Counted from the stretch's first letter, positions 28,132 through 42,429 are shown. The stretch is DNA of 64,000 nucleotides from Octopus sinensis (GCF_006345805.1 NC_043021.1:24180001-24244000), one strand, 5' to 3'. Numbers and translations: made by a program. The notes: generated from the sequence alone by a model not told the origin.

Positions 28132-28540
28132 GGCGCAGGAGTGGCTGTGTGGTAAGTAGCTTGCTAACCAACCACATGGTTCCGATTTCAGTCCCACTGC
28201 GTAGCATCTTGGGCAAGTGTCTTCTGCTATAGCCCCGGGCCGACCAATGCCTTGTGAGTGGATTTGGTAGACGGAAACTGAAAGAAGCCTGTCGTATATA
28301 TATGTATATATATATATGTATGTGTGTGTGTTTGTCCCCCTAGCATTGCTTGACAACCGATGCTGGTGTGTTTACGTCCCCGTCACTTAGCGGTTCGGCA
28401 AAAGAGACTGATAGAATAAGTACTGGGCTTACAAAGAATAAGTCCCGTGGTCGATTTGCTCGACTAAAAGGCGGTGCTCCAGCATGGTCGCAGTCAAATG
28501 ACTGAAACAAGTAAAAGAGTAAAAAGAGTAAAAGAGAGAG
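28132..28540 (+). mobile_element. SINE family 1
   Basis: Homology to 247-670. Confidence 0.9.
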
Positions 28541-28846
28541 TTTACGGCAGGTCTTGCCGTTTCATTTGTGTAAACGACTTCTTACGTGGCCTGGTGCTAA
28601 GTAGTTGGAAATATGACCCTCAAATTTAACATAAGTATTAAGCTAGCTAGAAATAGCATCCAATCCCCCCTCCAATCAACTGTATCCTACCAACTCAATA
28701 AAATCGCAACTCAAGGGGAATTTTCACCTATATATACAAATATGCGGGATATTCATGGAAGGAACTCTTCTGATCACAGAAAACAACAATGAAAAACAAA
28801 CTTCAACAATGTACTGAAAGTTTTACAATTCAATTTTCGCTATACC

Positions 28847-29261
28847 TTTTACTCTGTTACTTGTTTCAGTCATTAGACTGCGGCCATGCCGGAGCACCGC
28901 CTTTAGTCGAGCAAATCAACCCCGGGACTTATTCTTTGTAAGCCCAGTACTTATTCTATCGGTCTCTTCTGCAGAACCGCTAAGTTACGGGGATGTAAAC
29001 ACACCAGCATCGGTTGTCAAGCGATGTTGGGGGGGGGACAAACACAGACACACAAACATATAGACACACACATACACATATATATATACACATATATACG
29101 ACAGGCTTCTTTCAGTTTCCGTCTACGAAATCCACTCACAAGGCTTTGGTCGGCCGGAGGCTATAGTAGAAGGCACTTGCCCAAGGTGCCACGCAGTGGG
29201 ACTGAACCCGGAACCATGTGGTTGGTAAGCAAGCTACTTACCACACGGCCACTCCTACGCC
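28847..29261 (-). mobile_element. SINE family 1
   Basis: Reverse complement of 247-670. Confidence 0.9.
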
Positions 29262-29528
29262 TACAGACGTTGCTGTATAATTCTGAAAGAGTCAGGGGAC
29301 AATTTTTTACTTTAAAGATATTTGCTAAACTGAAATTTTTTTCAGGCTTGCATGAGGACTGCAACACAACAGTCACTCAAAGAAAACAGAACAGAGGAAA
29401 ATTTCCTCCAAAGTTTGGCTCAACTACATTTAATAATAGGGAGAGTTTACGAAAACAACAAAAGACGAAGACAGGTGGTGTACAAAACAAGCAGATGTAT
29501 TAGTATAACGCTCAGGAATAGAAAAAAG

Positions 29529-29566
29529 TCTTTTACGTTTCGAGCCTACGCTCTTCTACAGAAAGA
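29529..29566 (-). ncRNA. Minimal hammerhead-like motif with variant core
   Basis: TCTTT-CTGTAGA-A-GAGC-GTAG-GCTC-GAAA-CGT-A^AAAGA; helices I and II pair, but core A6 is U. Confidence 0.5.
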
Positions 29567-30082
29567 GACACAGAAAAAACAAGGAGAGAAACAAGGAGAG
29601 AAAAAATGTGTGTAGTGGCTAAACTGATTTAAATGTTGGCTGGTTGGTTGAGTCTCCAGTCACGCTTTGCACTGTATAGGACGAGGGGAAAGACAATAAA
29701 AGAGAGACACGAAGAGGGTTAACATCAGAGTTGCAGTAACTTACAACTTTCTAAAAATTAGAGATTTTTGTTATAAAATTATTCAGTTAGGTTTACGATG
29801 AAACAGATTGCGATTGTGCTAAGAAACTTTAGAAAAAATAGTAATTTTTATTTACTGCAAATGCGAAATTCGTTTTATTTAATTTTGCTTCTAAGTAATA
29901 AATAGTTTTCTTTTGCAAATTACTATTCATTTCATCATTTTGCATCAACGTCACAACATTTGACACAAGTTGCATGTACGCCATATTTCCCATGCTGGCT
30001 AAAGTCACCTGTCACATGAAAGGTAAAAGTCACGTTGGAATATTTTCAAAAGAGCTGCATATAATTAGTGACCATTGTTGAT

Positions 30083-30462
30083 TGACCCGTGGTCTAGTGG
30101 GTAGGGTGTGACCCGTAGTCTAATGGTCAGAGTATGACCCGTGGTCTAGTGGTTAGGGTGTGACTAGTGGCTTAATTTGCGTGTGACCCATGGTCTAGTG
30201 GTTAGGGTGTGTCTAGGGATTTAGGTGTGACCCGTGATCTAGTGGTTAGGGTGTGATCCATGGTCTAATTATTTGGGTGTGGCCAGTGGTCTTGCGATTA
30301 GGGTGTGACCCGTGGTCTTGCGGCTAAGGTGTGACCAGTGGTCTAGAGATTAGGGTATGATCCATGGTCTAGTGAATTGGGTGTAACTAGTGGTTAGTGT
30401 AGGACCTGTGGTCTGGTTGTTAGGGTGTGACCAATGGCCCAGTGATTAGGGTGTGGCTCGTG
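30083..30462 (+). repeat. ~26-bp minisatellite (~15 degenerate units) built from a tRNA A-box-like sequence
   Basis: Consensus TGACCCGTGGTCTAGTGGTTAGGGTG. Confidence 0.85.
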
Positions 30463-31240
30463 CGATTCTAAGTGTTCTATTTTTTGTAACAAAATACATC
30501 TTGTTATGTTGCCGATTTCCACTCAAATGTAAATGTGTTTCCTCAATAACCAGGACATGAACCCTCCGACCGACCGGCGTCCCATTCAGCTGAGGCGAAG
30601 TAATCTCAATCCCTTATATTTTATGGAAACCGAGTTAAGATCCAGTCTCATGAGTTCTGGGTCTCATGACAAACCCTAGTCTAAGTTTTTTTCATTGGCA
30701 AACTGAGTCGCTAGAGTAAGAAGCGGCTCATCTGGTATAAACATACGTTCATTTGTGGGTTGGGGGTTGATTTCTCAATCGTGTATATATATATGTGGGT
30801 GGGGGGAAAGAGAGAGAGAGCGAGAGCGAGAGAGAGAGGGAGAAAGAGAGAGAGATTAGAAACATGCATTCTCTGTATAGAATAAACTTCGTAGGGCTCA
30901 AATGATTTGAAATTGAGGAGGTAGAACAGTAGATGTAAGGACAAGCAAGTTAGGCAAGTCGGTGTACAAAAATATTAAATACATTAAATACAGAAAATTT
31001 CCATACGAATACATATAAAAATAAACCGACTTACACAAAATATAAATAATATCACAAATCAAAGGGGTTGCAAAAGAGTTTTGCGAGCACAATAGCACTT
31101 TCCGGGGATTTGATGGTCCAAAATAATGATTGTTAACTTGATTCCATCATCGGATAATAACAGCCTCCATCTTTAAGGAAGAATTTTACATTTGAGGTGT
31201 TGACAGAACTGAGTTTAAATTAACTTGCCTCTTTTGTCCC

Positions 31241-31305
<65 letters not shown>

Positions 31306-31337
31306 GTTATATATATATATATATATATATGATATAT

Positions 31338-31788
31338 ATATATATATATATATATATAAATGGATGAATGAATTATCCTTTGTTTATCGTTAACATGGAA
31401 AATTCAATAAACAGTTACCAGGGTAGCAAAATTCACGCTAGTAACACGGATGAAGCGACCTATTCAAAGGTAGAAACTCCGGGTTAATGAGCAGTAATTT
31501 GTGTAGTATGAGTAAATAAATGGAGTTGAACGAAGATGTTATTAAAATTCTTTTACTTTCGACATACGTTTCGAAGACAACATTGGTTTTATTCCAAAGG
31601 AATAAACGGTGTATAATGCAATCTTCTCATCAGGAAAGAAAAAGAAAGCAACAAGACATTATAACAATTACGATGACTGCCTAAATGATAAACAGAACGT
31701 TATTAAAAATAAGCGTGAGTAGATTCGAAACATATGTCGAAAGTAAAAGAATTTTAATAACATCTTCGTTCAACTCCATTTATTTACT
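31338..31788 (-). mobile_element. (TA)n-inserted hammerhead element with inverted partial copy
   Basis: 31724-31788 is the reverse complement of ~31511-31575; (TA)n on both sides. Confidence 0.8.
31556..31638 (-). ncRNA. Type I hammerhead ribozyme
   Basis: CTTTC-CTGATGA-GAAGA...TCTTC-GAAA-CGTATG-TC^GAAAG; canonical core, GUC triplet; the inverted copy has palindromic CATATG. Confidence 0.88.
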
Positions 31789-31821
<33 letters not shown>

Positions 31822-31835
31822 TATATATATATAAG

Positions 31836-31919
<84 letters not shown>

Positions 31920-32159
31920 ACAGAAGGAAGAGAGAAAGGGGACAAAACAGAAATACATTGAGTCAACAAAAGAATTGCTGGATGAGTGCTTGTTGACAAG
32001 CAATGAGTGAAAGAATGTCACATAAACACATTTAGTGGAGAAAGAATCATGGAAACAGAACTGGAGGAGGAGAAGGAGGAGTGATGGGGTGAGGAGGAGT
32101 AAGTAAGATGTATTTGATAAAAGTCACCTTATAATTACTGTATTTAGGGAGTTCTTGTC

Positions 32160-32580
32160 TTCCTTTTACCTTTTGTTTCAGTTTTTGGACTGCAGCCATG
32201 CTGGAGCATGCCCTTGACGAGTTTAGTCCAACAAACCTACTAAAGGGCATATTTTTGAAGCCAGATACTTTTTCTATCTGTTACCTTTGTCGAACCGCTA
32301 TTTTATAGGGACGTTAAAAAACCAACACCGGTTATCAAGCAGTGGGGTGACATACATACAGACACACACAAACATATACACACATATAAAACATATATAC
32401 ACACGCACATACTCACAAATATGTAAAACGGGTTTCTACTCAGTATCCAGTCACTAAATTCAGTCATAAAGCATTGGTCGACGCAGAGCTAAAAGCAGAA
32501 GAAACTTGCCCAAGATGTCGCGCAAAGAACTGAACTTGAAGTGACACAGTTGTAAAGTGAGCTTCTTTAATACACAGTTC
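32160..32580 (-). mobile_element. Old, diverged SINE family 1 copy (another at ~9970-10190)
   Basis: Degenerate homology (GCCATGCTGGAGCA, GAACCGCTA, CTTGCCCAAG). Confidence 0.7.
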
Positions 32581-33089
32581 TACCTGTTTCCAAGTATTTT
32601 TGAATTCTTTCTAAAATAAAGCGATTTTATGAAATTTACGCTGATATCATAAATACAATGGTTTACGAAAAAAATTAATTCAAAAGACAATCAAATACTT
32701 GCCTTTCATAGCAGGCCTCATTAATTATATTCAAATCAGACAATCCGCTCAAACATTAGAGTCATTTGAATAGTGCTAACAAAATGAGTTCGTGGCCCAA
32801 CTAAGCCCCAAATACTCCGCATTCGACTGATTAATGCTCACTCTCGTTAAGATCGTAATTAGTTTCTTAGCTTTAATTAAAAAAACTCAGCTAGCTGCCA
32901 GGTCACCTCACAACTACACATAGTGTCTATCGTCATTTCATTTGTGTTTTCGCTTACTCATTGGACTCTGTTTGAAACTCGCTGCTAAAATCATTTAGAG
33001 TCTTTCTTTCTTTTTTCTTTCTTTCTTTCTTCCATCCTTCCTTCCTTCCTTTCAACTTCAGACTTTTCGCTGCCATATAATTTCCAAAT

Positions 33090-33478
<389 letters not shown>

Positions 33479-33851
33479 TAGTTTCGCATACTTCCTTAAT
33501 TGTTCTCACGTAGAAGACCGCTCATCATTTTCTTCTGCACTTCTCTTCCCATCTTACCTCTTCGATCCTTAACTATTCATGGAATATACAACAGTCTCCA
33601 TACAAACGTCACTATACCGGGGCCCACCACACCGCATTCTGCCCAAAGATGAAAATGCTGATGACAACAATATGGCGAGGAAAATTAACAATCTTTTTAT
33701 AACAAAAAAAGGGCATCTGTGGAAGACCCTTATTTCTCACATTTGGGAAGCTGATCACGTTTCTATGTTTATTAGATTCTACGACCATTAAATGATATCC
33801 AATCATCATTGTCGTCATCATTGTCATCGATATGAACAGCATCATCATCAT

Positions 33852-33896
<45 letters not shown>

Positions 33897-34319
33897 AATC
33901 ATCATCATCATCACCATCATCTCCTTCACCACCTTAACCGCCACCACCATTATCTTCATCATTATCATCGTCGTCATCATTTTCATAGGAACCATCTTAT
34001 AATAATTCTGCTTGTCACACAGATACTTAGCCCGTGCCTAAAGCTTCCACGTGATTAGTTGACGGGTAAGGAGGAAGTGAAGGGTGAGGAGGGGAATGGG
34101 AAGAATAGGAAGGGTGGGAGGGAGCGGAAGGGAGATAAGGAGAGAGAGAGAGAGGTAGTGGTGAGTGAAATGTGTTGTCTTTTTGAAATATTTTTTCTCT
34201 CCCGTCTATATCGCTTTCACGTAATTAGCTGAAGGAAAAGGCGAAGAGCGAACGAATAAGGAGACAAAAAGAGGGTAAGGCGAACAGTGAGAGAGAAAGA
34301 GGGAGAGTGCTGTGTATTA

Positions 34320-34547
34320 AGTGGACATTGTTGTAGAGCTGAAAACGAGGCAATTTCTCCTCTTCTTCTCTGGAAGCCATCTACTCGCGATACCAGAGGG
34401 CGCACACACTCTCCTTCCCTGATGTAATCTCCAGAGTTACAGGCATCCAGCAACAGGACCTCCGTAATGCTATGATAGACCGTGAAGTCTGGCGTAGCAT
34501 GGTAAATTCCAATGTTTCGACCACGGTCGAATGATGATGATGATGAA
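34320..34547 (+). mobile_element. RTE 3' fragment, same family as 20373-20823
   Basis: Reverse-complement match to ~20373-20595; (GAT)n tail. Confidence 0.85.
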
Positions 34548-35005
34548 GTTTTAAAAATTGTGCATAAAGTATATAAAGTGTATAAAGTAATCATCATATT
34601 CTAATTTCCTTCACTTTTCAATGACTGGTGCAGACCAGCGACCGTCTTTCCATACAGACACAACACAGTTTACGTTTGCAGATTTTCTGGATAAAATATT
34701 CACAAATAATCCAATAATTTTACCATTAATTCCATAGTTCCGCTCGTTATATTATTATTAGTTCTGCTGGTGGTGGTGTATTTAACACGAGTTGTTCCAA
34801 GCCTCACCCAAGGATCTCAATTAATAGTAAGCTGAACGTTTTACTATGGGCATTATTTATGATTACGACTGATATATTGCAGAGAAAAGATTCTAAGAAT
34901 TAAAATTATCTTGAATTTGTAATATTTCAATTTTGAAAGAGTTTTAAGACAATCAGATGTTTTTAGATTTACAGGTTTGTTTTTTCTTAGGATGTGGGTA
35001 ATACC

Positions 35006-35424
35006 TATTTCTTTACTACCCACAAGGGGCTAAACACAGAGAAGACAAACAAGGACAGACGAACGGATAAAGTTGATTATATTGACCCCAGTGCGTAACT
35101 GGTACGTATTTAATCGACCCCGAGAGGATGAAAGGCAAAGTCGACCTCGGCGGAATTTGAACTCAGAACGTAACAGCAGACGAAATACCTATTTCTTTAC
35201 TACCCACAAGAGGCTAAACACAGAGAGGACAAACAAGGACAGGCGAACGGATAAAGTTGATTATATCGACCCCAGTGCGTAACTGGTACTTAATTTATCG
35301 ACCCCGAAAGGATGAAAGGCAAAGTCGACCTCGGCGGAATTTGAACTCGGAACGTAATGGCAGACGAAATACGGCTACGCATTTCGCTCGGCGTGCTAAC
35401 GTTTCTGCCAGCTCGCCGCCTTCC
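35006..35424 (-). mobile_element. SINE family 2, dimeric form
   Basis: Same internal tandem and junction as 1130-1532; TSD ATGTGGGTAATACC at 34992-35005 and 35425-35438. Confidence 0.9.
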
Positions 35425-35689
35425 ATGTGGGTAATACCAATAGGTACAGCTCTTTTGTAGTTCTTGTACTTTTGGCAACAGTGTTGAAGAGTACCATTTA
35501 GCTTTGTTTTAAGAGATCCAGTGATCCCAGGTTCCAAAGAAAGAAAACAAAATAAACATCAAATGTTTAACGCTGGTGAAAAAGAAACAAAAAATTGAAA
35601 TATTTATAAAAGAATGACGTAACCAACCCCAAAATTACTGCATTCGAAAGCTTTTATCTAAGCAGTGACAATAAATCCCAGTACTATTC

Positions 35690-35915
35690 TTGAGGAAGAG
35701 AGAACCTTCCTAAGTAGCCTAGCTGTTCCTAGCTTTATGGATAGTTCCCAATGCACCTATAACTACTGGGATGCAATTTGTCCGGACCTTCCATAGTCTC
35801 TGTAATTCAACTGCTAGGTTCTGGTACTTTGCTATTTTTTCTATACTTCTCATATTAATTTTTTCATCATTTGGGACTGTAAAGTCAATTATCTGGCATC
35901 TTCTATTCACTTTAT
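35690..35915 (-). mobile_element. RLE-type (Dong/R4-like) LINE 3' relic
   Basis: CQIIDFTVPND...EKIAKYQNLAVELQRLWKV...IPVVIGALGTI; abuts (CTA)n. Confidence 0.8.
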
Positions 35916-35952
<37 letters not shown>

Positions 35953-36391
35953 AAAATGAACTACTAGCTTCTATTACTTTGTCAGTCTGAATGTTAAAGT
36001 CCCGCGACATCTGGTATTTCTTACTTTCTAGTGCTTTACTAGGTTCGTGCTCATACCATTAATTAGTATGTTCAAATCCTAGATTGTCATGTCTTTTCTT
36101 GTATTCTTTCTGTGCCAGCATGCTACATTCACTTACTATATGAGAAACGCTTTCCTTTTTTGATTTGTAAAATCTACATTAGGAATCTACTTGATTTTTG
36201 TCTATCTTGGCCTCTATCCAATTTGTCCTTAATGCTTGATCTTCTGCAGCTACTAACAAACTTTCTGTCTCCCCTCTTCAGCGTTCCGTTCTGCAGTCAC
36301 AACCATGTCTCACTACTATTATTTGCTGAAACTATCTGTGGGAATCTACCATGCAAAGCCTTCTACTGTCGGTGAGATAATTTCTGTTATT

Positions 36392-36489
36392 TTTTCTGGT
36401 TAAGACAAGCAATGGGTTGGTAATTTTCTGGTTAAGACAAGCAATGGGTTGGTAATTTTCTGGTTAAAACAAGCAATGGGTTGGTAATT
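36392..36489. repeat. 32-bp tandem repeat x3
   Basis: TTTTCTGGTTAAGACAAGCAATGGGTTGGTAA with period 32. Confidence 0.9.
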
Positions 36490-36673
36490 GCCTGCCTCAT
36501 TGCCCTTTGACCGACCTTTCATTAACGGGCGAGAGACCTTCACAAGCTGTTCCAGCCTTATTCACGCCTATCCCATTTCTCTTTTTATTTGACATTTCAG
36601 CACTCATGATGAGGGCTAATGAATTTTAGGTTGCACAACCACCAGGATTTTCTATTTATTTTTTTATGTTGTG

Positions 36674-36743
<70 letters not shown>

Positions 36744-37115
36744 CATTCTCTTGATCGTCTGCAACATCCTATAAGCAGTCACCTCGAAGCCCCAGTGCAA
36801 TTTGTACTAATTATATACAGGACTTCACTCATCTCAATGTTTAGTAGTGAATTTGCATGAGACTATTGGAGAACATGTTGGCTATTAGCGACAAACAGAA
36901 TTTCCTTCAATGGCTGAACGATATGTTATCTGTCTTCATAACATATTGCTTGGTGTGCGTCTAGGGATGCTGAAGTGAGTCATATCACTTTATGGAGTCT
37001 GATTTGACTAACGCAACATATTCGGAAATATTGTCAATTGTTTGCTTGCTCTCGTTATATTTATGCCATTTTATTGTTCTTGTTTAATTAAGATGTTTAC
37101 TTCCTATCTGTCTAC

Positions 37116-37198
<83 letters not shown>

Positions 37199-37326
37199 AA
37201 TGCATATGTATATTCATACACACAAACACACACATTCACACACACAGACACACATATTCACACACACAAATTCACACACACAGACACAGGCACACATATT
37301 CGCACACACACACACGCACACACACA

Positions 37327-37556
37327 TATCGCCAATTTATTTGTTGGTTATGACAAGGCCCAAATCTCTTCTCAATTCTCCGGACCTACCCCAGAGCTAT
37401 CCGGTCGGTACATTGACGACTGCATCAGTGCTACTTCTCTCTCCCGAGAACAACTTACTACCTTAATTTTTTTCCTTTCTACCTTTAATCCCTCCCTCGA
37501 GTTCACCTATCATCTCCGACACTTTGTTAACTTTCTGGATCTCTCTCTCTTTCTTC

Positions 37557-37602
<46 letters not shown>

Positions 37603-37680
37603 CTCACAATACATTCGCCCACTCTCTCACCACTTCCGTCTTCGCCAGATCTACTTACTCCCATCTCTACCTCAACATTT
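37327..37680 (+). pseudogene. Penelope-like reverse transcriptase fragment
   Basis: IANLFVGY...SGPTPELSGRYIDDCISA...FNPSLEFTY...FLDL matches Penelope RT motifs (ANLF.G, RYIDD, P.L.FT, FLD). Confidence 0.8.
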
Positions 37681-38892
37681 GATTACAGAAATGGTCATAT
37701 AACGGACGTATTCTATCTCTGAAATGAATTCTCTCTTATCCCGTCAGTATCCTTACTGACTATCGAGCTTCTGTCACGCAACATTGATGCAATGGGGACA
37801 CTCAAGTCATTACTACAGAAGCAAGAAGTGAGAAGCAAGGAAGAAGAAACGTTACCTTAATAGCGTCGGTTCCGAGGAAGTAGGGAATCGTCGGTAAAAT
37901 TTTTAATGAATGCGAGGCAACGAGAGGAAAATATGAAGTTGTATAAATTACTGAATTTGCAGCTCTCTGTAAAGGTAAATCAATGGGTGAAGTCTATTTT
38001 CAAATGTGAGACGTTTCCGGTTACCAACTAAATCTATCGGCAACGAATGACTACAAGCCATTCCTTTCCTCGTGGTTTTGATAAAACGTTGGATGGCTGG
38101 CTCAGTGGAAATGTTTGAGAAGAGTTTTTTTTCTTCTCAGATCAAGTCGATGTCATCTTCTTCAGGTAAACCTCGAAGAAGAACGTAGTATTAGAGAAGG
38201 AAATGCAAGAGGGAGAGTGTGATAAGTAGTTGCGGTTAAATGAATCAATTCTATGAGTTGCAGTTTGGCGGCAATAAGTGGAAGAAATATTTTGTTTTTG
38301 GTGGGTCAGAGAAATCGGGAGTTAAATGAGGGACAACTCAAAGCCCTCTATGTGGTTGTCCTTCATATAGGGTTCCTTTCTTGTTACTTATTTGGGTTTT
38401 TTAAACTTTTTTCAGTATTTATTATTATTTCTATATCATTATTTTCTGTATTTCACCTTCTTGCTTGGTGTAACATCTCATCCAGCTGTTCTCTTGCATT
38501 GCCATTTTGCCCTTATGACCAATAACATAAAGCTTTAAGCGTACAACCAGCCATCACTCACAGGCACGCATGGCTTGCTAAAATGTACCATGCGATCACA
38601 AATTGTTTTATGTGCCTGTGTAGTTATGAGCAATCATGATCACTCTCTTGGTCCCAATCACGCTTGATCAAACTTTACATGTAACAACTGGAGAAAAAAT
38701 ATGAGAGCGAGAAAGAGAGAGAGAGAGAGAAAGGACTGCATCAGTACCCGACTTGTATTCATTTACAGCTCAGTAAATTAGAGCAACGTGAAATGAAGTG
38801 CCTTGCTCAAGATCGTAACATATTCACACACACAGACACAGGCACACACACACACACACACACACACACAACACACACACACACACACACAC

Positions 38893-39090
38893 ATATCGCC
38901 AACTTATTTGTTGGTTATGTCAAGGCCTAAATCTCTTCTCAATTCTCCGGACCTACCCCAGAGCTATCCGGTCGGTACATTGACGACTGCATCAGCGCTA
39001 CTTCTCTCTCTCTCGTGAACAACTTACTACCTTCATTTTTTTCCCTTTCTACCTTTAATCCCTCCCTCGAGTTCACCTATCATCTCCGAC
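38893..39090 (+). pseudogene. Duplicate of the Penelope-like RT fragment
   Basis: Near-identical to 37327-37520, with similar (CA)n flank. Confidence 0.8.
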
Positions 39091-39987
39091 AAACTGTACA
39101 TTCTAATCCCATTATCCTTGTTTTGTTAAACCGTCTCTTTACGTTCTGGGGTCAAATCCAGCGAGGTCAGCTTTACCTTTCTGCCTTTCGGAATCGATAA
39201 AATAATGTATTGAAGTTGATACCCTCGACTAAGCCCTTCCCCTTGTACCTAAATCAGAATCTGTAAAACGAGCGGGTGGAATCACCAGACTGTTGGGGGA
39301 AAAAATGCTCAATACCTTTTCTTGAATTTCTTCCGTTTGTGTTTTTTGTTTTGAGTTTAAATCCTGCTGAAACCAGCTTAGCCTTTCATCTTTTCGGGAT
39401 CGATAAAATATAATTAAATAAAGTATCAGTAATGGGGTCAAAAGCATCGACGAAACCTATCCTCCCAAAATTGTTGGCCTTGTACCGAGTTTAAAAATTA
39501 GTTCTGTCCTTATTGTTTTTGGAGTTATTGATGCTGGTGATTTTGTTGTTGTTGTTGTTGTTAGTGGATATCATAGAAACAATGTGTTTTGGAAGCCGTT
39601 CCTCTTTGAACTTGTTAAAATATTTGATTATCTGAAGTAAATTATTATTTTGTTTTTTGTTCATTTACTGTTCTTTTATGGAAGGTGAAGGGGGACACGG
39701 AGGAGGGACCAGAAATTTTGTCTTTCTTATTGCCTACTGGTATAAAGAAGGGGGTGGTGGACAGGTTAGGTGGGGAATGTTCTTATATTTTAATTGGTTT
39801 TGTGATAGATCAAGGAGCGTAGAGTGGTGATGGTGGGAGATGTGTCCAATAATGTGAGTAGCAATACATTTCCTCCTTCCGTCTATCGCATTCCCACTTT
39901 CTCGTTCTCTCTTTAATTTGAAACAAGGGAGTAGAGGAAACAACCAAAGCAAATACAGTTTTAAAGACTCTCATTTTAATAATATCA

Positions 39988-40376
39988 GGAATGGATGGAA
40001 GCACTCCGTCGGTTGCGACGACGAGGGTTCCGGTTGATCCGAATCAACGGAACAGCCTGCTCGTGAAATTAACGTGTAAGTGGCTGAGCACTCCACAGAC
40101 ACGTGTACCCTTAACGTAGTTCTCGGGGATATTCAGCGTGACACAGAGAGTGACAAGGCTGGCCCCTTGAAATACAGGTACAACAGAAAGAGGAAGTAAG
40201 AGTGAGAGAAAGTTGTGGTGAAAGAGTACAGCAGGGATCACCACCATCCCCTGCCGGAGCCTCGTGGAGCTTTAGGTGTCTTCGCTCAATAAACACTCAC
40301 AACGCCCGGTCTGGGAATCGAAACCGCGATCCTATGACCGCGAGTCCGCTGCCCTAACCACTGGGCCATTGCGCCT
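39988..40376 (-). mobile_element. tRNA-derived SINE family 3, full length
   Basis: Minus-strand head GGCGCAATGGCCCAGTGGTTAGG...GGTTTCGATTCCC (A and B boxes), (CCAT)n-like tail. Confidence 0.85.
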
Positions 40377-41888
40377 AACAACACACACACACACACATAC
40401 ATTCATATACAGTACGACATAGCATCGATAACAACAACAGTAGCACCAAATAAACAACAACGATAAAAATATAAAAACCGACGAGGACTGAACGAATGGA
40501 GCCTTTATGTGGTCACTCGGTCTGCTACAACCAGCGACCAAATATCTCTCAAAAAGGAGGTTGACACACATCAGCTCCATAGTATTTCTAGATGCCCCTA
40601 AAACGATGGAAAGGATCTTAATTTGAATCATGTCTGATGAAAGACCTGCTCGGTCCGGTATGTCTCGGAGTTAAAGAACAACGACAATGCCAATGCTAAC
40701 AAGGAGAGCACATTCTTGTGTGGAATTCAAAAGAAGCGTCCCATGAGCTCATTATAAGGCTGGTAGTCATGGTTGGATTAATACATTTAACAATTTTTTC
40801 ACTTTTCAAAACAAGAAAAAAAAACAATATTTAGAAGTCTACTTCAATCTATAATTGCTTGTTTGTGAGACAGAGACAGAAAAAATTAAAACAGATTTCT
40901 TAAACTTCGATAGAAGATCCGTTGGCGTGAACAACACCAGGACTCTACAAAGCAATTATCTCAAATATTTGAATCTTTGAGGCCATAAAACTTTGGCGTC
41001 TTTTCAGGAACTGTTAAAGTAAAACAGATTTAGGAGCGCTTTGTTTCCTTTTCTCACACGACTTAAACAAAAAGACTTGTTAAGATGCCTGACTTAAGTG
41101 CACGTCTCTTAGGTTCTTAAAGCAGAGTCGTTTGTTCAGTGACCTGTCTATATTTGCTTTGGAAATCTTTGACCTCAAACAAAACTTCTATCTTGTATAG
41201 TCTTTACATATTTCTGGTTGACAATATGCACAAAATAGGCCATGTTTCAGCAAGGCCTAGTTTTCAAATGACAGAAAGAAAAAAATTATGGATTCAGATG
41301 CCAAAAACATTGGTCCAAAAACATATGAATAGAGGCTCACTCTCAAGTTCCCGTGTCTGAATGTACACCAAAAGGTTATAGACATTCAAAATTCTTCATA
41401 GCTGTTTGTGTGAAACTGGAATGGCATCTTAAAAGCAGGCTTTATGGTATTGGCATAAGAAGGGAGAGAGCGTAAATGCTTAATGAATATGCTCAGACAC
41501 ATTTCCTTACTATATGACAGATATTGAATAGATTTCCCGGATGTACAGATGAGGATTTTGGTCATTCCAGGTCATAAATTGAACTTTCATTGGATTATAG
41601 CAATATCGATCTGCGACACGTCATGCAATGTTCTTATTATTTATATATATTGAGTGAAGCATACAAGGTATATTAAAATGAAGTTACAATTGATACCACG
41701 AATAGAACAAAATTCGTTGCGTTTAAATTAAATCCTTTCATCTATCTATCTGTCTGTCTTTTTGTTTGTCTGTCTGCCTGTGTCTACCCATCTATGTATC
41801 TATCTACCTATCCATCCATCCATCTATATATATGTCACTGTCTGTCAATAAATCAGTCTATCTATTTATCGATCGATTTATGAGTCTA

Positions 41889-41950
<62 letters not shown>

Positions 41951-42034
41951 CCTACCTACCTACCAACCTATCTGTCTGTTTATCTATCTGTCTATCAATC
42001 TGTTTGTCTGTTAATCTGTCAACAATTAATCAGT

Positions 42035-42109
<75 letters not shown>

Positions 42110-42141
42110 CCTATCTCTATCTATCTGTCTGTCTGTTTGTA

Positions 42142-42251
<110 letters not shown>

Positions 42252-42283
42252 CCTATCTCTATCTATCTGTCTGTCTGTTTGTA

Positions 42284-42336
<53 letters not shown>

Positions 42337-42337
42337 G

Positions 42338-42429
<92 letters not shown>

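Noticed and set aside
30083-30462. CRISPR-like array
   Set aside because: Units are contiguous and degenerate with no unique spacers; eukaryotic context; no cas genes.
33792-34058. His-rich and Met-rich ORFs (also 8578-9114)
   Set aside because: (CAT)n and (TAT)n trinucleotide repeats.
40290-40376. tRNA gene
   Set aside because: tRNA-like head continues into a SINE body and a second copy lies at 24393; no convincing cloverleaf.
40740-41630. Possible Merlin/ISXO2 transposase relic (KGYRH...WHLK...LNEY)
   Set aside because: Similarity too weak by eye and no TIRs found.
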